A DNA stretch of 63,786 bases, filler included, from Octopus bimaculoides (lineage: Eukaryota): the NCBI RefSeq assembly GCF_001194135.2. It is 5 parts of 5 records of this genome, joined end to end, with 100 filler letters (N's around TTAATTAATTAA, not from the genome) between each part and the next. Parts side by side here need not be neighbours in the genome. Positions count along the whole stretch, not along the records: positions 1 to 28,463 come from NC_068984.1; 4 more parts are not named here. One strand, 5' to 3'. The position numbers were made by a program, and so were the translations under genes. Within the stretch, counting starts at the first letter, position 1. Each line of letters begins with the position of its first letter. Below the pieces are notes generated by a model. The model saw only the letters and a program-made list of their open reading frames with translations, had not been told where the DNA came from and did no database searches. Positions 1 through 14,831 of the stretch are shown one piece after another.

Positions 1-86
1 GCCGTACTCATTAATTATATATCACCATATTAGATTACTTTTATGACCTTATTTGAATTTTTTTAAACATCACTATAATAATAATA

Positions 87-148
<62 letters not shown>

Positions 149-866
149 TACATGTCACACTAATTTCTTATTAACTACAATGGACAATTTTTGGTTTTTG
201 TAATTGTGTTAATTTTAATTTAGCTTTCGCACGATATATTTTCAATGGAATTTACATATATATTGTAATATCCTTTCTTAATTTTTTCTCTTTACGTTTT
301 AATTAAGTAAAATGTTACTCATATTCGGATATGAACAAAAACTGGCAGTGTATTTATGTATTTGTCTACGAAATAACTTCTTTAAAATAATTCTTTCGTG
401 GTTACTTTTTTAAAAGAATTGAAAAGAAATGCACACATGTATGTGTGTATGTATGCATGTATATGCGTGCATACATATAAATCTATATATGGGTATATTA
501 GTATAGAACAGTACTCAACACCGTGTTTGTTGGGTAAAAATTCTTTATTTGTAGATTAATAATGCTGCTTTGGTTTCATGTAAAGGAAATTTCCGCAACT
601 TTCAAGCTATCCACTTAAAAATCGTGGAAAGTCTTTCCTCATGAGACCTTTGATAGCATTGTTAATCCACAAAGAAAAAAGTATACATACACGTATGCAT
701 ACATACATATATGAAGTACATATGTGAGAAAGTAGATGTTTACTTCATTTGTTGACAGCTGTTTCGTAATCTGTATTAGTTTCATCTTCGTTACATAAGG
801 AATGCTACTTCATCTGTCACACACGCACACAGAGTACACACACACATGTATGCATGTATGTATGTA

Positions 867-911
<45 letters not shown>

Positions 912-1432
912 ACAATAAATGAAAAATGCATTAAATTCTACAAAACGTAGACGGAGGACAGACATAGAAGGACCCTAATTATTCATCAGTTATCGACCAA
1001 AATACTCAGTTTCGTGCTTTTAACGATAACACTGAGAAATTCGTATATCGGGGGCATCCAGAAAATTTGCGGAGAATGAGGGCTCGAACAAACAAGCTCT
1101 TTATATCTATTATTCTCCCCTCCCCCCACCGATAAACTAAGCAAATAAAGAACATTCTTTTGTAAATTACTTTAAACAATTTTTTATATTTATAACTTTA
1201 AATAAAGTTGTTATATATATTACCAATATAATAGCATATTATCATTTATATTCATTTACACGTTTTATTATAGCCTCTAGATTAAGACCCTGATACTTAA
1301 TTTATATACTTATATGTTGTTGTTGTATGTTATTATAATAGCCAAAGATTGTCTTCGACCTAAACGCATTTGGATTAATATTATTTGAAATATATAGGAA
1401 TATATGTCTCTATTTAATTTATATATATATAC

Positions 1433-1469
<37 letters not shown>

Positions 1470-2459
1470 TAGATATATAGATAGATAGATAGATACATGC
1501 ATACATACATACATACATATAGATAGATATATATAGATATATATATATATGCTCACATATATATATATTGGATGATTATGTGTGTGTGTGTCTGTGTGCG
1601 CGCACGCGCATGTGTGTGCGTAAATATATATATATATATAATTCAACCACGGTGTGGTTGAATATATTCTTAAGTCCACCATTTCGTCAATCGCAGCAGC
1701 TTCCGTTAACAGTTTTAAAGAAGACGCCTCCTCAGCTACACTGTGGCATAAATAGTTTGAGATTTGGTTCAGTAGAAAGAAAGTTACATCAAAATATCTG
1801 TTACATCAAAAAATTTTTAAATAAAAGTATACTTTTTAAATTAAAAGTATAATAATAGAAAAATGCATGAGGAGTTCAGAATCGTTAGTCGCATTGAACA
1901 AAAATTAGTAGAAAAAATGTTATGGCGTAAAATGCCACGAGATTTTATGTCAGTAAGTAAGGAGTAACGCTTAAACAATAAGAATAAAGAATATATTACT
2001 AAAATGAATACTTTCATTCCAAGACGGTGAGATGGCAAAAACGTTAGCGCGCCGGAGAAAATGCTTACAAATATTTCGCCTGTGTTTACATTGAGTTCAA
2101 ATTTCTCCGAATCCGATTTTTGCTTTTATCCATTTCGGATCTATTCAATTTGAGATGTACAGATAACTTAACTAATTCTTTTTTAACTAAACATTTTGAA
2201 ACTTCTGATACTGGTACAGTGTGTCACATACAACAGGGTTTACTCTTAACGTTTTTAACAAAATTTTGTATTTTAGAAGTTATTTCGTCAGAAGTTACAG
2301 AGTGACAATGGACAAATTCGTGTTTGATAAGTGCCAATACACGAAACTCTCAGCTTTTGACTTACTCTCTAACTTCTGCCGATGATATATATATATATAT
2401 ATATATATACATACATACTATACATGTATGTGTAAAAAAATTTCATCACGCAATCAAAC

Positions 2460-2625
2460 CAGTGAAAGAGCCTCTATCTGGTCGCTCGACACGCTAAAAT
2501 AGCAGCCAATGTATCCCCCTACCTAAATCACACGCCCATTGTACGTAATGTCCTACGTTACCCCTAAAAAGACGGCTTGCTGAAAGCTGGAATATCAGGG
2601 TTGATTGGAGACTAAATAACAACAT
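2460..2625 (+). mobile_element. SINE-like family E with (CAA)n tail
   Basis: GGTCGCTCGA...AAATAGCAGCC motif; related copies at about 35105(-), 43490(-), 51860. Confidence 0.55.
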
Positions 2626-3264
2626 CATGGTAAACTTCTGTATTAATACTCGCACAATTTTCACTAAAAAAAAAAATGACTATTTAGGAAGAAAATTCAT
2701 AAATAAAAAAATTAACAAGAGCAGTTTCTTAAATTTAGAAATTAAAAATGTTTTTTTGGGGGGGTTTATAAAATGGTTTTAATTCACGAAAATCCAAATA
2801 TTTACATAAGATTGAACGTACGATAATAGTCATTTTTTATTGCAAAATTAGGTTTTGGGGTCTTGTTGTTTGTAACTTTTGGTGGGCCATGGTGCAACCA
2901 ACAACATGGTAAAAATCCCTGCCATTAATTTGGTGTGGATGGGTAATATCAAATAATTCAATCACAATATATATTCAAATTAAACATGAAAAAATTGAAA
3001 TATTATCATCACTTGAAATATCATCTTTCAGTATTTTATAAGGTAAAATCTTAAATTATCAATTAACACATTATTAATTTTCTTATAGCAGCAATGCCTG
3101 GAAATATCATGGATTATATGAAAAAATGCGAGCATGAAAAGTAATATTTTTAAGATTATAAACCTGGAAAAGTACCGGACAAGTTTATAACACCTGTAAA
3201 AATACAGGACAAACTATTCAAGTAAAGTAAAGAATAAGAAACTTTTTACATAAAATATTGCAGC

Positions 3265-3464
3265 TAAATTTAAAATTTGAATATTAAAAATTATTTTATC
3301 ATACTAAATTTAAAATTTGAATATTAACAATTATTTTATTATACTAAATTTAAAATTTGAATATTAAAAATTATTTTATTATACTAAATTTAGAATTTGA
3401 ATATTAAAAATTATTTTATTATACTAAATTTAAAATTTGAATATTAAAAATTATTTTATTATAG
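3265..3464. repeat. 40-bp minisatellite x5
   Basis: Unit taaatttaaaatttgaatattaaaaattattttattatac at 3265, 3305, 3345, 3385, 3425. Confidence 0.95.
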
Positions 3465-4605
3465 TTTACAAATAACACTATACTTATTTAAGTAGAATTT
3501 GGCTAACTTACTACCTTAAATACTGAAAAAAGTGACTAATTAGACAAACTCACAAATTAACTGAACAGTTTTGTACAATAAATTTTTTAAATGAGAACTG
3601 TAAAGAATGATAAATTAGAAGAGCTGGCATTCTTTGCTGTAATATTTTAAGTAAAAAGTTTCTTATGTGTATATGTGTATCTATGAATATAATACAGCAT
3701 TTCAGTCGAAATATCAAGCTTATTAAATGTTTTTATCATGGAAGAGCCATTTTCGCTCATTAGCACTATAAAGGCACACAAACTGTTAAATCTAATTTTC
3801 AATAATTTCTTGTTTTATCAAAATTTTTACCTCAAAGTTGTGACATGCTCACTGACACCATTTCACTGTAAGTAAATGAAATTTATTTAATGACCAGTTC
3901 TTATAATGCCCGTTTTCTTATTTCCTTGTTTTCTTTTTCGCTGAACTTTGTTTCATTCATACTAATTGAATATGATCTCTTGATACCATTCACGCTTGAT
4001 CATCGTTAGTTACTTCCAAGTTTTGGCAGAATCGTTAGCTATATTCCGAGTTCAAATTCCGCCTAGGTCGACATCACCTTTCATCCTTTCGGGTCGATAA
4101 ATACCAGTGAAACACTGCGGTTGATGCAATCGACTAGTCCCCGCTCCAAAAGTTTCAAGCCTTGTGCCTACAGCAGAAAGGATTATGTTTTTATGATTAT
4201 GTATACACCCTCGTCAATATATCAACTTCTTTCTATCTTTCTTCTCTTCCTATTCTTGAAGATCAATTTTGAAAGTATACATTCCATACCTGGTATGTAT
4301 GGACGTAAGTTATTCAAGTACGTATCCCCTTTGTGGTTAGCGTTTATAGAAAATAGGTTCCGGCTATGTAGATTAAATATGATTTGAACATTTTTTTCCT
4401 TTAGAAAATGTAAAAACAATTTTTTTCAAGAAGCAAAATGTATAATTGTTTTCTATTTAATTTCTTTCGAACTAATTGCCTGCACAATCCTGATCGTGAT
4501 ATCTCTATTGCATATTTCTAAAAACAAAATATAAAGCACTTATACATACACATATATGAGTGAGTGACTGAGTGAGTGAATGAGTGAGTGTGTGCGTGCG
4601 TGTAT

Positions 4606-4648
<43 letters not shown>

Positions 4649-5061
4649 ATTGGAGAAAGATATGCATACATAATATATATATATANNNNNNNNNNNNNNN
4701 NNNNNNNNNNNNNNNNNNNNNNNNNNNNNNNNNNNNNNNNNNNNNNNNNNNNNNNNNNNNNNNNNNNNNNNNNNNNNNNNNNNNNNNNNNNNNNNNNNNN
4801 NNNNNNNNNNNNNNNNNNNNNNNNNNNNNNNNNNNNNNNNNNNNNNNNNNNNNNNNNNNNNNNNNNNNNNNNNNNNNNNNNNNNNNNNNNNNNNNNNNNN
4901 NNNNNNNNNNNNNNNNNNNNNNNNNNNNNNNNNNNNNNNNNNNNNNNNNNNNNNNNNNNNNNNNNNNNNNNNNNNNNNNNNNNNNNNNNNNNNNNNNNNN
5001 NNNNNNNNNNNNNNNNNNNNNATATATATATATATATATATATATGCATATAGAAATATGC

Positions 5062-5099
<38 letters not shown>

Positions 5100-5125
5100 G
5101 ACACACATACATAGAGATATACCTA

Positions 5126-5183
<58 letters not shown>

Positions 5184-5843
5184 ATATGAGTTTGTATGTG
5201 TGTATGGGTAAAAACACATGTATAAAATACACACACATACATATATATATGTATGCTTGTATGTGTATCTCTGTGTATATTCCCTTACTTTGAAAATCTA
5301 GATCAATAGATAAAGGAGTACTCAGTTCCATGAAATATTTAATACATTATAAATTCAGTGTGTACATAAGTGTTTCCAAGATAATGATCTTACAACATAC
5401 GTAAATTGTTTCAATTCATGTTCACGTCTCATAGAAAGTCAGAACATGTCAATATCCTTTCTACTATTGGCACAAGGCCTGAAATTTTGTGTGAAGGGGC
5501 TATGACACTTACAATATGTCATCGACACCGAATGGATGAAGGGTATAGTCGACGTCGGCGAAATTTGTCAATGATATGTTAGTAACAAGTATATAACGGT
5601 AGCACAGTTCAAACTTAAAAATAAAATATTAGCTATATCAAACATAAAATAAGATTAGTAAGGGAGCAGACGTAGCTGTGTGATATGAAGTTTGCTTCCT
5701 AACTATATGGTTCCTGGTTCACTCTACTGCATGGTACTTTCGACAAGTGTCTTCTGCTACAGTCTCGGGCTGACTAAAGCCTTGTGAGGAGTGAATTTGG
5801 TAGACAGGAACTGAAAGAAGCCCGCATTATGTATGTATGTATG

Positions 5844-5892
<49 letters not shown>

Positions 5893-6917
5893 NNNNNNNN
5901 NNNNNNNNNNNNNNNNNNNNNNNNNNNNNNNNNNNNNNNNNNNNNNNNNNNNNNNNNNNNNNNNNNNNNNNNNNNNNNNNNNNNNNNNNNNNNNNNNNNN
6001 NNNNNNNNNNNNNNNNNNNNNNNNNNNNNNNNNNNNNNNNNNNNNNNNNNNNNNNNNNNNNNNNNNNNNNNNNNNNNNNNNNNNNNNNNNNNNNNNNNNN
6101 NNNNNNNNNNNNNNNNNNNNNNNNNNNNNNNNNNNNNNNNNNNNNNNNNNNNNNNNNNNNNNNNNNNNNNNNNNNNNNNNNNNNNNNNNNNNNNNNNNNN
6201 NNNNNNNNNNNNNNNNNNNNNNNNNNNNNNNNNNNNNNNNNNNNNNNNNNNNNNNNNNNNNNNNNNNNNNNNNNNNNNNNNNNNNNNNNNNNNNNNNNNN
6301 NNNNNNNNNNNNNNNNNNNNNNNNNNNNNNNNNNNNNNNNNNNNNNNNNNNNNNNNNNNNNNNNNNNNNNNNNNNNNNNNNNNNNNNNNNNNNNNNNNNN
6401 NNNNNNNNNNNNNNNNNNNNNNNNNNNNNNNNNNNNNNNNNNNNNNNNNNNNNNNNNNNNNNNNNNNNNNNNNNNNNNNNNNNNNNNNNNNNNNNNNNGT
6501 TTGTCCAGCATCACCGCTTGACACCCGGTGTTTTTCTTTACGTCCCCACAACTTAGATGTACATTTTAAAGGGACTGGTTGAATAAGTACCAGGCTTAGA
6601 AATAAGTACTGGGGTCGATTTCCTCGACTAAGCCCTTAAAGGTGGTGACCCAGCATGACTGCAGCCCTAACGAAATAGAAAGTTATGAAGAATAAATAAA
6701 AAAAATATCATTAACTATGATGTTATATTAAGAACCAGTGTCTTAGAAGAGAAATTCTAGAGTAACAAGTTTGATGGACCGGTGGGCAAAGGAAGAATTT
6801 ATCATAGATATTTCAATTGAAACGAATATACAGAAGAAAATATGAAAGATGACTTACATATATAGAACAGATTATCTAAGATGTTTTAATCATTCATGAA
6901 GTTATATTAATCGGCTA

Positions 6918-7330
6918 ATATTCTGTGTTGTAACACAGACTCTACGTTAAGTTGGAGATCAAAATTACCTTTTGGTATTAATACTGCCTCTGTAGCCGTT
7001 AATTACACTTTTTACTATTTATAACAATTTTGAATTTTGTATTAAGATTGAAAGCAAACTTTTAAAAAGTATCAATCAAATAAATTCTATTTGTGACTTC
7101 ACATCATTCTAGAATATTTAATACGATGATTGATCTTTATGCAATTTGCTCATTCGCGTATAAACTCGATATAATTAGTGAAACATTCCGAAGACCTTAC
7201 TTATGTTTCTGTTATTACTTATGTTTGTTTATTTATTTAGTTTAATATGTTGTTGAAAGTTCGGTAGGAACAGTATAAAAAAATCTTATGAGATTAAGGT
7301 TTATATCTAAGGTGCACTGTGCTAGTATCC
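6918..7330 (+). repeat. About 410-bp repeat, copy 1 (direct paralogue at 9510-9915)
   Basis: Collinear throughout, roughly 80% identical by eye. Both copies end near CTAGTA. Confidence 0.85.
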
Positions 7331-7811
7331 AAAGTTAAAAGATGTAATTTGAATTTTTTTTCATTATATCGAATGTGCAATATACTGCTATTGTCGTTAT
7401 TATTCTTTGATGAGCCTACTGGCTACATGCGAGACCAGCGCCTGAATAGACGCTAATCAATATCTATAAAACAGGGGATGTTTGTGTGTGTGTGTACGTG
7501 AATGTGGTTTATGCACGTCCACAAATTAGCACGCATGTCGCTCCAATTTTAGGAGAAGATTCGGAATGACCCTATGTGCATTTTAGTGAACTTTCTGTCT
7601 CAGAGGTACCCGCGTATACCTGTAAAAATCGATAAACTTTTGCCAATTTTGAAGTTTGTTGACATGGCGAAGTCAAATCTGTGCGTACGCGCGTGAAGGC
7701 GAGAGAGAGAGAGAGAGAAATTGTATATTTGTGAGAGGGAGGGTGAAGGAGACATACATTTATTTGCCAGCGTCTGTGTGGTAGGCAGCAAGCAAACAGA
7801 AAAAATACCCC

Positions 7812-7853
<42 letters not shown>

Positions 7854-8964
7854 CTCTCCTTCCCTTACATACACATGCCAGTTATCTCTCTTTCTTTCTT
7901 TCTTTCTTTTTTTCTCACACACACACAGCAACATTACACATAAAACAGATGTTGCCAAAAAGAAATAGACGCTATCTTTTTATAGTGCGTATGCCAGACA
8001 GAAAGTGTGGTGTGTATGTGAAGTTCTTTTGTTAGTGTGAGAGAGCAGCATGTGTGTGTGTGTAATGTTGCTGTGTGTGTGAGACAGGGAGAGAGAGAAA
8101 GAAAGAAAGAAAGAAATAAAGAAAGAAAGAAAGAAAGAGAGATAAATGTGTGTAAGGGAGGGAGAGAGATAGAGAGGGAGAGCGCGATCTCTCTATCTCT
8201 GCCGAATTGATGTAAACAAACCCATGTGGTCTGATTTTCACGTTTAAATCGCCATTTCCAAAATATATTTATTTCAAATCNNNNNNNNNNNNNNNNNNNN
8301 NNNNNNNNNNNNNNNNNNNNNNNNNNNNNNNNNNNNNNNNNNNNNNNNNNNNNNNNNNNNNNNNNNNNNNNNNNNNNNNNNNNNNNNNNNNNNNNNNNNN
8401 NNNNNNNNNNNNNNNNNNNNNNNNNNNNNNNNNNNNNNNNNNNNNNNNNNNNNNNNNNNNNNNNNNNNNNNNNNNNNNNNNNNNNNNNNNNNNNNNNNNN
8501 NNNNNNNNNNNNNNNNNNNNNNNNNNNNNNNNNNNNNNNNNNNNNNNNNNNNNNNNNNNNNNNNNNNNNNNNNNNNNNNNNNNNNNNNNNNNNNNNNNNN
8601 NNNNNNNNNNNNNNNNNNNNNNNNNNNNNNNNNNNNNNNNNNNNNNNNNNNNNNNNNNNNNNNNNNNNNNNNNNNNNNNNNNNNNNNNNNNNNNNNNNNN
8701 NNNNNNNNNNNNNNNNNNNNNNNNNNNNNNNNNNNNNNNNNNNNNNNNNNNNNNNNNNNNNNNNNNNNNNNNNNNNNNNNNNNNNNNNNNNNNNNNNNNN
8801 NNNNNNNNNNNNNNNNNNNNNNNNNNNNNNNNNNNNNNNNNNNNNNNNNNNNNNNNNNNNNNNNNNNNNNNNNNNNNNNNNNNNNNNNNNNNNNNNNNNN
8901 NNNNNNNNNNNNNNNNNNNNNNNNNNNNNNNNNNNNNNNNNNNNNNNNNNNNNNNNNNNNNNNN

Positions 8965-9306
8965 ACATTAACGTTTTACTTTCGTAACATCCGTGTTCTC
9001 ATATCTGAACAGAACCGCTTTTGACACAGAGAATCGGGAGCCCTTTTGGTCATTCTATTTTCCTTGCTGGAAGGGTTCCTAACCCATGAGCAAAGAGGGG
9101 TTAGATGATGGCGGTGGTGTTTTCAAAGGGATGGCATGTGTAACCTGATCACCTCTGCCGATCAAACTCTCAACCCATGCACTCCAGTTGCAACACTGAT
9201 TCTGCCCAAATTTGACGTCATGTTACTTAGTTTGGTTTGAAATAAAGAACTTGATTAGCATAATAATCCCAACTTAATCCCGGGCAAAGCCGGGCTATAC
9301 TGCTAG
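8965..9306 (+). mobile_element. Helitron-like element 3' end
   Basis: Hairpin CCCGG-gcaaag-CCGGG (9279-9294), then CTAG (9303-9306) followed by T. Confidence 0.65.
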
Positions 9307-11466
9307 TGTTCTATATACCGTTGACGAGAGATTCGGCTGTTAGCGCGTTGGTGGACATCTGCCACAGAGGAATCCATAACAGGGTGAAATCACGTGATCT
9401 GGCAGTTCCGGCGAGCGTAGCAGACGATTCTCATCTGTTAATGATATAATTTCGAGTGCTTTTTATGCACCGTGAGTTCTTATGTAAGATTCTCTCAAGG
9501 TAAAAATCGCAGTATTCTGTGTTCTAACACAACCTCCACGTGAAGGCTGGAGATCAAGATTGCCTTTTGGTATTAATACTGCTTCTGTCACTGTTAATTA
9601 CACTTTTTACTATTTATGACAATTCTCAATTTTGCATTAAGATTGAAACCCAGCTCTTAAAAGCTGTGTCTAGTAAATCTTATCTGTGACTTCGTGTTAT
9701 TCTAGTATATTTCAATACGATGTTTGATTCCTATGCAATTTATTCATTTGCGGATAAACTCGGTATAATTAGTGAAACATTCCAAACTAAGTTCTTACTT
9801 ATGTTTCTGTTAGCTTGTTTATTTATTCAGTTTAATACCTTCGTTAGAGGTTCAGTAGGAATAGTATAACAAAAAAACTTATGAGATTAAGGTTTATATC
9901 TGAAGTGCACTAGTATTCACATCTAATGTAATAAATAATACAATTTTAAAACAAAATATAGAATTTTTATATTTTATCCGTAAATTTGGAATTAGAGCTG
10001 GTGAATGTTAGTAATGGTTCAAACCCTGTACGACAAAAAAAATTTGTAGCAGTTTACTTATCAGGTAAAATCTTATTATAGCAGTTACTTCGGCCGAATT
10101 ACTACCAGCCATTCTCACATCGACGCGGGTTCTGTATCATTTATCAATCCAAATTGATTAATCGCATTGATCAGTGTTCCTGGCCTGCAATATAACCTCG
10201 ATCCCAGATTCCTCTATATTAATAATAGATTTATTGAACGCAGTAGTGTTAATTAATAATTTTACGGTTATTGATACTTTGTAATCTCCAATGCCAAGCT
10301 TCAGAAGCTTAGTGCTTTGGTTATTTGGAATATTATTAAACCAAACTATAACTGCCTGCTTTCTGACTACTTGCTGCTTTCCAAAAATGTTTAACTGGAT
10401 TTTTTGTAGTGGGCAACACTACAAATGATATTATCTCTTATGACTGAGCCAAAAAGCTGTGACATTTGTCTTAGAGAAAAACCTACCATTTCGTACATTT
10501 AAAAAAAAAAAAAAAGATATTTAATTTTTCCACCATCCAACATGTGCCAATCCCGTTATCATAAACTTTAAAACAAACCTTCACGTAACGTGGTCAATCG
10601 CAATGGTAATAAACGCCTGAATTTATGAATGTGTGACGAGGGCAATGCTAACTGGTATTCATAATTTCTTCTTAATTAGTTGATGCAAGCAGTCGACTTA
10701 ATGAAATCCTTTTTCGATTAAGTAGATGCTGTTTATTATACATGAGACAGGAGTATATTCGGCAATTTTACGTTTCTGTAAAGAAATCTAACACACACAC
10801 ACCCACCCATACACACACATACTTATATATATATATATATNNNNNNNNNNNNNNNNNNNNNNNNNNNNNNNNNNNNNNNNNNNNNNNNNNNNNNNNNNNN
10901 NNNNNNNNNNNNNNNTATACGATGGTGAATCCTGTATTCTTTTCAGCCTAATAATCCTTTCTATTATTATAGTCCACAAGGCCTGAAATTTTGTGGCAGG
11001 AGGTTAGTCGATTAGTACTCGACTGGTACTTATTTCATCGACCCCGAAAGGATGAAAGATAAAGTCGACCTCGGCGGAATTTGAACTCAGAACGTAAAGA
11101 AGGACAAAACGCCGCTAAGCATTTTGCCCGGCGTGCTAACTATTCCCCCAGCTCACCTCCTTTCTTTTCAGTTTTAATAATGTTACGTATAAACGTAACA
11201 CGCCTCTGACGATTTGATATTGAATTTTGATTATGCAATTTGCGGAACGTAGTAACTAATTACTCTATGTTAATTAAACTTAGGTAAGATTATGTAATTA
11301 AATATCATTTAAGCAATCTCATATGATTTATTTTGTTTTATACATATGTGCAGTGTAACACTCAAATCCAGATTAAATAACAAAAGATACAATTACGAAC
11401 GGAAGGCTACACGGTGTTCTTAAAACTGGTTGTCATTTAGTTGAAGGTTTAAATTGCGCTATATGA

Positions 11467-11555
<89 letters not shown>

Positions 11556-12059
11556 TGGGGGGATGGGGTGTATGATGTATGTATGTACATTATTTAGAGG
11601 AAAAAGGACAACAAAAACCAATAATATATACCTGCTAACTCGGAAGCCTAATACGTGTCTCAGCTCCATCATTATCTGTGAACTTGGAATCTAACGGATT
11701 TTTCAGGGTATGAATTACGATTTATAACATTGCTACTATGGGAAATTGTTGCTCTCCTTTACAAGTTTTCACTTTACGAACGGTCTCCTGGAACAAATTA
11801 GCTCGTATATCGAGACATTTTTCTTTTCTTTTCTCAAACATATATATGTATATTTTCTCACTACTTGTTTATCTCGATACTATGTCTAGCTAGAATTCTT
11901 TTTACTTTTTGTATCAAATATATTCACAATATCTTACCTAGTTTACCAAAAGCTGACGTAGTCCCAACAAAATCCAAAATCGATAATCCATAATAACTTG
12001 CTCTCTTAAAGAATGTCTCATTTTCTGGCTTTCCGTTTCATTTGTATTTTATTTTATTT

Positions 12060-12470
12060 TCCGTGTAGCGGTAATTGGAATTCCTTAGTTCATTGGTAGT
12101 CTTTCAAATGCTAACAAATCAAATTTCAGTATGAATTCGTGTTGGTTGTAACTGTATGATATATGGAAAGTCAAATTTCTAATACGATTTATTCTTGTGA
12201 AATAAGCGGGTAGCAGTGTAAATTATTTCGCTAAATGAGCTGACGTCAGATACAAATTTCCGTGAAAGAATGTCTAACAAACATGATAAGTTTTTTCAGC
12301 AATTCGGATGTCACTTTTAGACACATTTGAATGTCTTCTTTGACAGCTTTATACTAGAAATGATATATTATGCAACAACTTTCATATTAACAATTATTAC
12401 TCCCACAGTGTTAGTCCTGCAAGCTGGTAATTTTAAGTTATTCAAGCGCATATAACAAAGAGCTGCATCC
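12060..12470 (+). repeat. Old AT-rich dispersed repeat (copies at 24720-25075 + and 27260-27700 -)
   Basis: Shared GAATTCGTGTTGG...CTTGTG(A/T)AATA and TTTAAGTTAT blocks. Confidence 0.75.
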
Positions 12471-12837
12471 AACGATAGATGACAAATTCATTAAATCCAG
12501 CAAAAAGAAAAGCAAAAGCATAATATTAATAGTTTCAAACTTTAGAAGAAAGACTAGCAATTTTGAGCAGAAGAGCTTGGTCGAGATGATGCTAGTTATA
12601 GTGTTGACACACTACAAATTCGTCCAGGTCACTGCCTTTATGTTATTATTTATGGTACGCAAGAAAGTTTTACATTCGGAATCAATGTCCTTGATACCGA
12701 CTCACAACCAGTTTTCTTAGATATCGAAGACCTTTCTTACAAACCTTTCTGTTCACAACAGAGCAGATTTCTGAATTAACACAACTCACATAGTTACACC
12801 AATCTCAATAAGGAAACTTTTGTAGAAACGCTCTACA

Positions 12838-13045
12838 ATTTTCTTCTTCTTCTTCTTCTTCTTCTTCTTCTTCTTCTTCTTCTTCTTCTTCTTCTTCTTC
12901 TTCTTCTTCTTCTTCTTCTTCTTCTTCATTATTATTATCATCCTCATCATTATTATTATTATTATTGTTGTTGTTGTTCTTCTTCTTCTTCGTCTTCTTC
13001 TTATTATTATTATTATTAGTAGTAGTAGTAGTAGTAGTGGTAGTG

Positions 13046-13096
<51 letters not shown>

Positions 13097-13097
13097 T
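12838..13097. repeat. Compound trinucleotide microsatellite (TTC)n/(TTA)n/(TAG)n
   Basis: Direct reading. Confidence 0.95.
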
Positions 13098-13350
13098 TGA
13101 GTGAGAGAGCAGTGCATGCCATCAAAATTACACTGGGGTAAAATATACGAAACCCAATATACCCATCATGACTACCCGTCTGATAAGGGCACACCAGGCA
13201 CATGCATCACAACTAAATGTGCACGACATAATGATCTCATATCAAAATAAACAACGCATGACCTTGCAGGTGGGGTCCAGTTAGAATTTTCTTCAGGTTG
13301 AGTAGACTATCCCGCTCAAAAGGTCCCTGAACAAGGTTTGTTTAAGGATG
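13098..13350 (-). mobile_element. Unclassified retroposon 3' end with trinucleotide tail
   Basis: Higher-complexity segment abutting a (TAG)n/(TTA)n run; no ORF. Confidence 0.4.
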
Positions 13351-13354
13351 TTGA

Positions 13355-14175
13355 ACATTTCACCCAGCGCGCTAACGATTCTGCCAGCTCGCAAGCCTAA
13401 AATTTTAGGGATGGGCTAGTCAATTACATCGACCCCAGTGCTCGACTGGTACTTATTTCCCTCAAAGGATGAAAGATAAAGCCAACTGCGGCGGAATTAT
13501 ATCTCAGAACGTACAGACGAAACATGAAATGCCGCTAAGCTAAAAGGAAAAACAAAAACAATAGTAATCCTTTCTACAGAAGACACAAGACCTGAAATTT
13601 TGGGAAAGAGAGACAGTCGATTACATTGAGCCCAGTGTTCAACTGGTACTTCATTTTATCGACCCGGAAAGGATGAAAGGCAAAGCCGACCTTGATGGAA
13701 TTTAAATTCAGAACGTAAAATCAGACGATGAAATGCCGCTTGGCTAAAAGAAATAACAGCAACAAGAACAGCAGCAATGATAAATAATAATCATTTCTAC
13801 TATAGGCACAAGGCCTGAAATTTTGGGGTGAGGGTACTAGTCGATTACATTCACCCCAGTACTCAATTCGTACTTAATTTATTGACCCCGAAAAGGATGA
13901 AAGGCAAAGTGGACCTCGGCGGAATTTGAACTCAGAACGTAACGACGGGCAAAATGTTTAGAGGTATTTCGCCCAAGCTAACGATTCTGCCAGCTCGCCG
14001 CCTTTGATCTCAAATCTTGGCGCAAGGCCAGCAATTTCTGGGGGTGGGAGAGGAAAGGGCAAGGTGATTAATCAACCCCAGTATTCAACAGGTACTTATC
14101 GATGAAAGGCAAAGTTGAGCTCGGTGGAATTCAAACTCAGAACATAAAAACAGACGACGAAAAGCCGCTATGCAA
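13355..14175 (-). mobile_element. Cluster of four co-oriented SINE family B copies
   Basis: Core motif GGATGAAAG(G/A)(C/T)AAAG repeats at about 13465, 13670, 13895 and 14100. Confidence 0.8.
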
Positions 14176-14831
14176 AAAGAAATAACAACAATAACAAAAG
14201 CAAGGAGGAGGGGGGAGACGTTGGGCAAGGTAAAAAAAAAAGAACTGAGAAACATTGTAAACTCAAATATACTAATATACTAATATACTAAATATACTAA
14301 TATACTAAATATACTAATATACTAAAAATTGTAAACTCAAATATACTAATAAATATATTTATAGGAATTAATATGAAATTTATACTTTTTATTAATCCAT
14401 CTTTCAAATTAATTTCCTTTTGCAATTAGTGAAAATGAAACTGCAGAAAATTCCTGAAATACGGAAATTTTCCCGAATATTTGATAAAAACTATTTCTAA
14501 TTAGGAATTGAAATATAGTTGAGTACAATACGTTTGGCAAAACATGATACTATCAACAGCTTGAAGTAAATTTTTATCTAACCCATCCAACTTCTCACGA
14601 AAAAGAGAAAAAAGACCTAAAAGGTAAAATATGGATTCGCTGCAATAAAAGCTTTTAGAAATACTCGTAACTTAATGAATTGATTGTTAGTTTCTTTTAA
14701 GAAATTAGTTGAAAATATTTGCCTGTTGTTGTTGCTAGGATTGATACTATATTTAGAGTCATTATGCTACAGACAAATTCGAAAAGTAAATAATTCTATT
14801 CAGCAATTTGGCACAGCATATATATGCATAT

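Noticed and set aside
3265-3464. Regularly spaced repeats as a CRISPR array
   Set aside because: The units are contiguous with no unique spacers, the context is eukaryotic and there are no cas genes.
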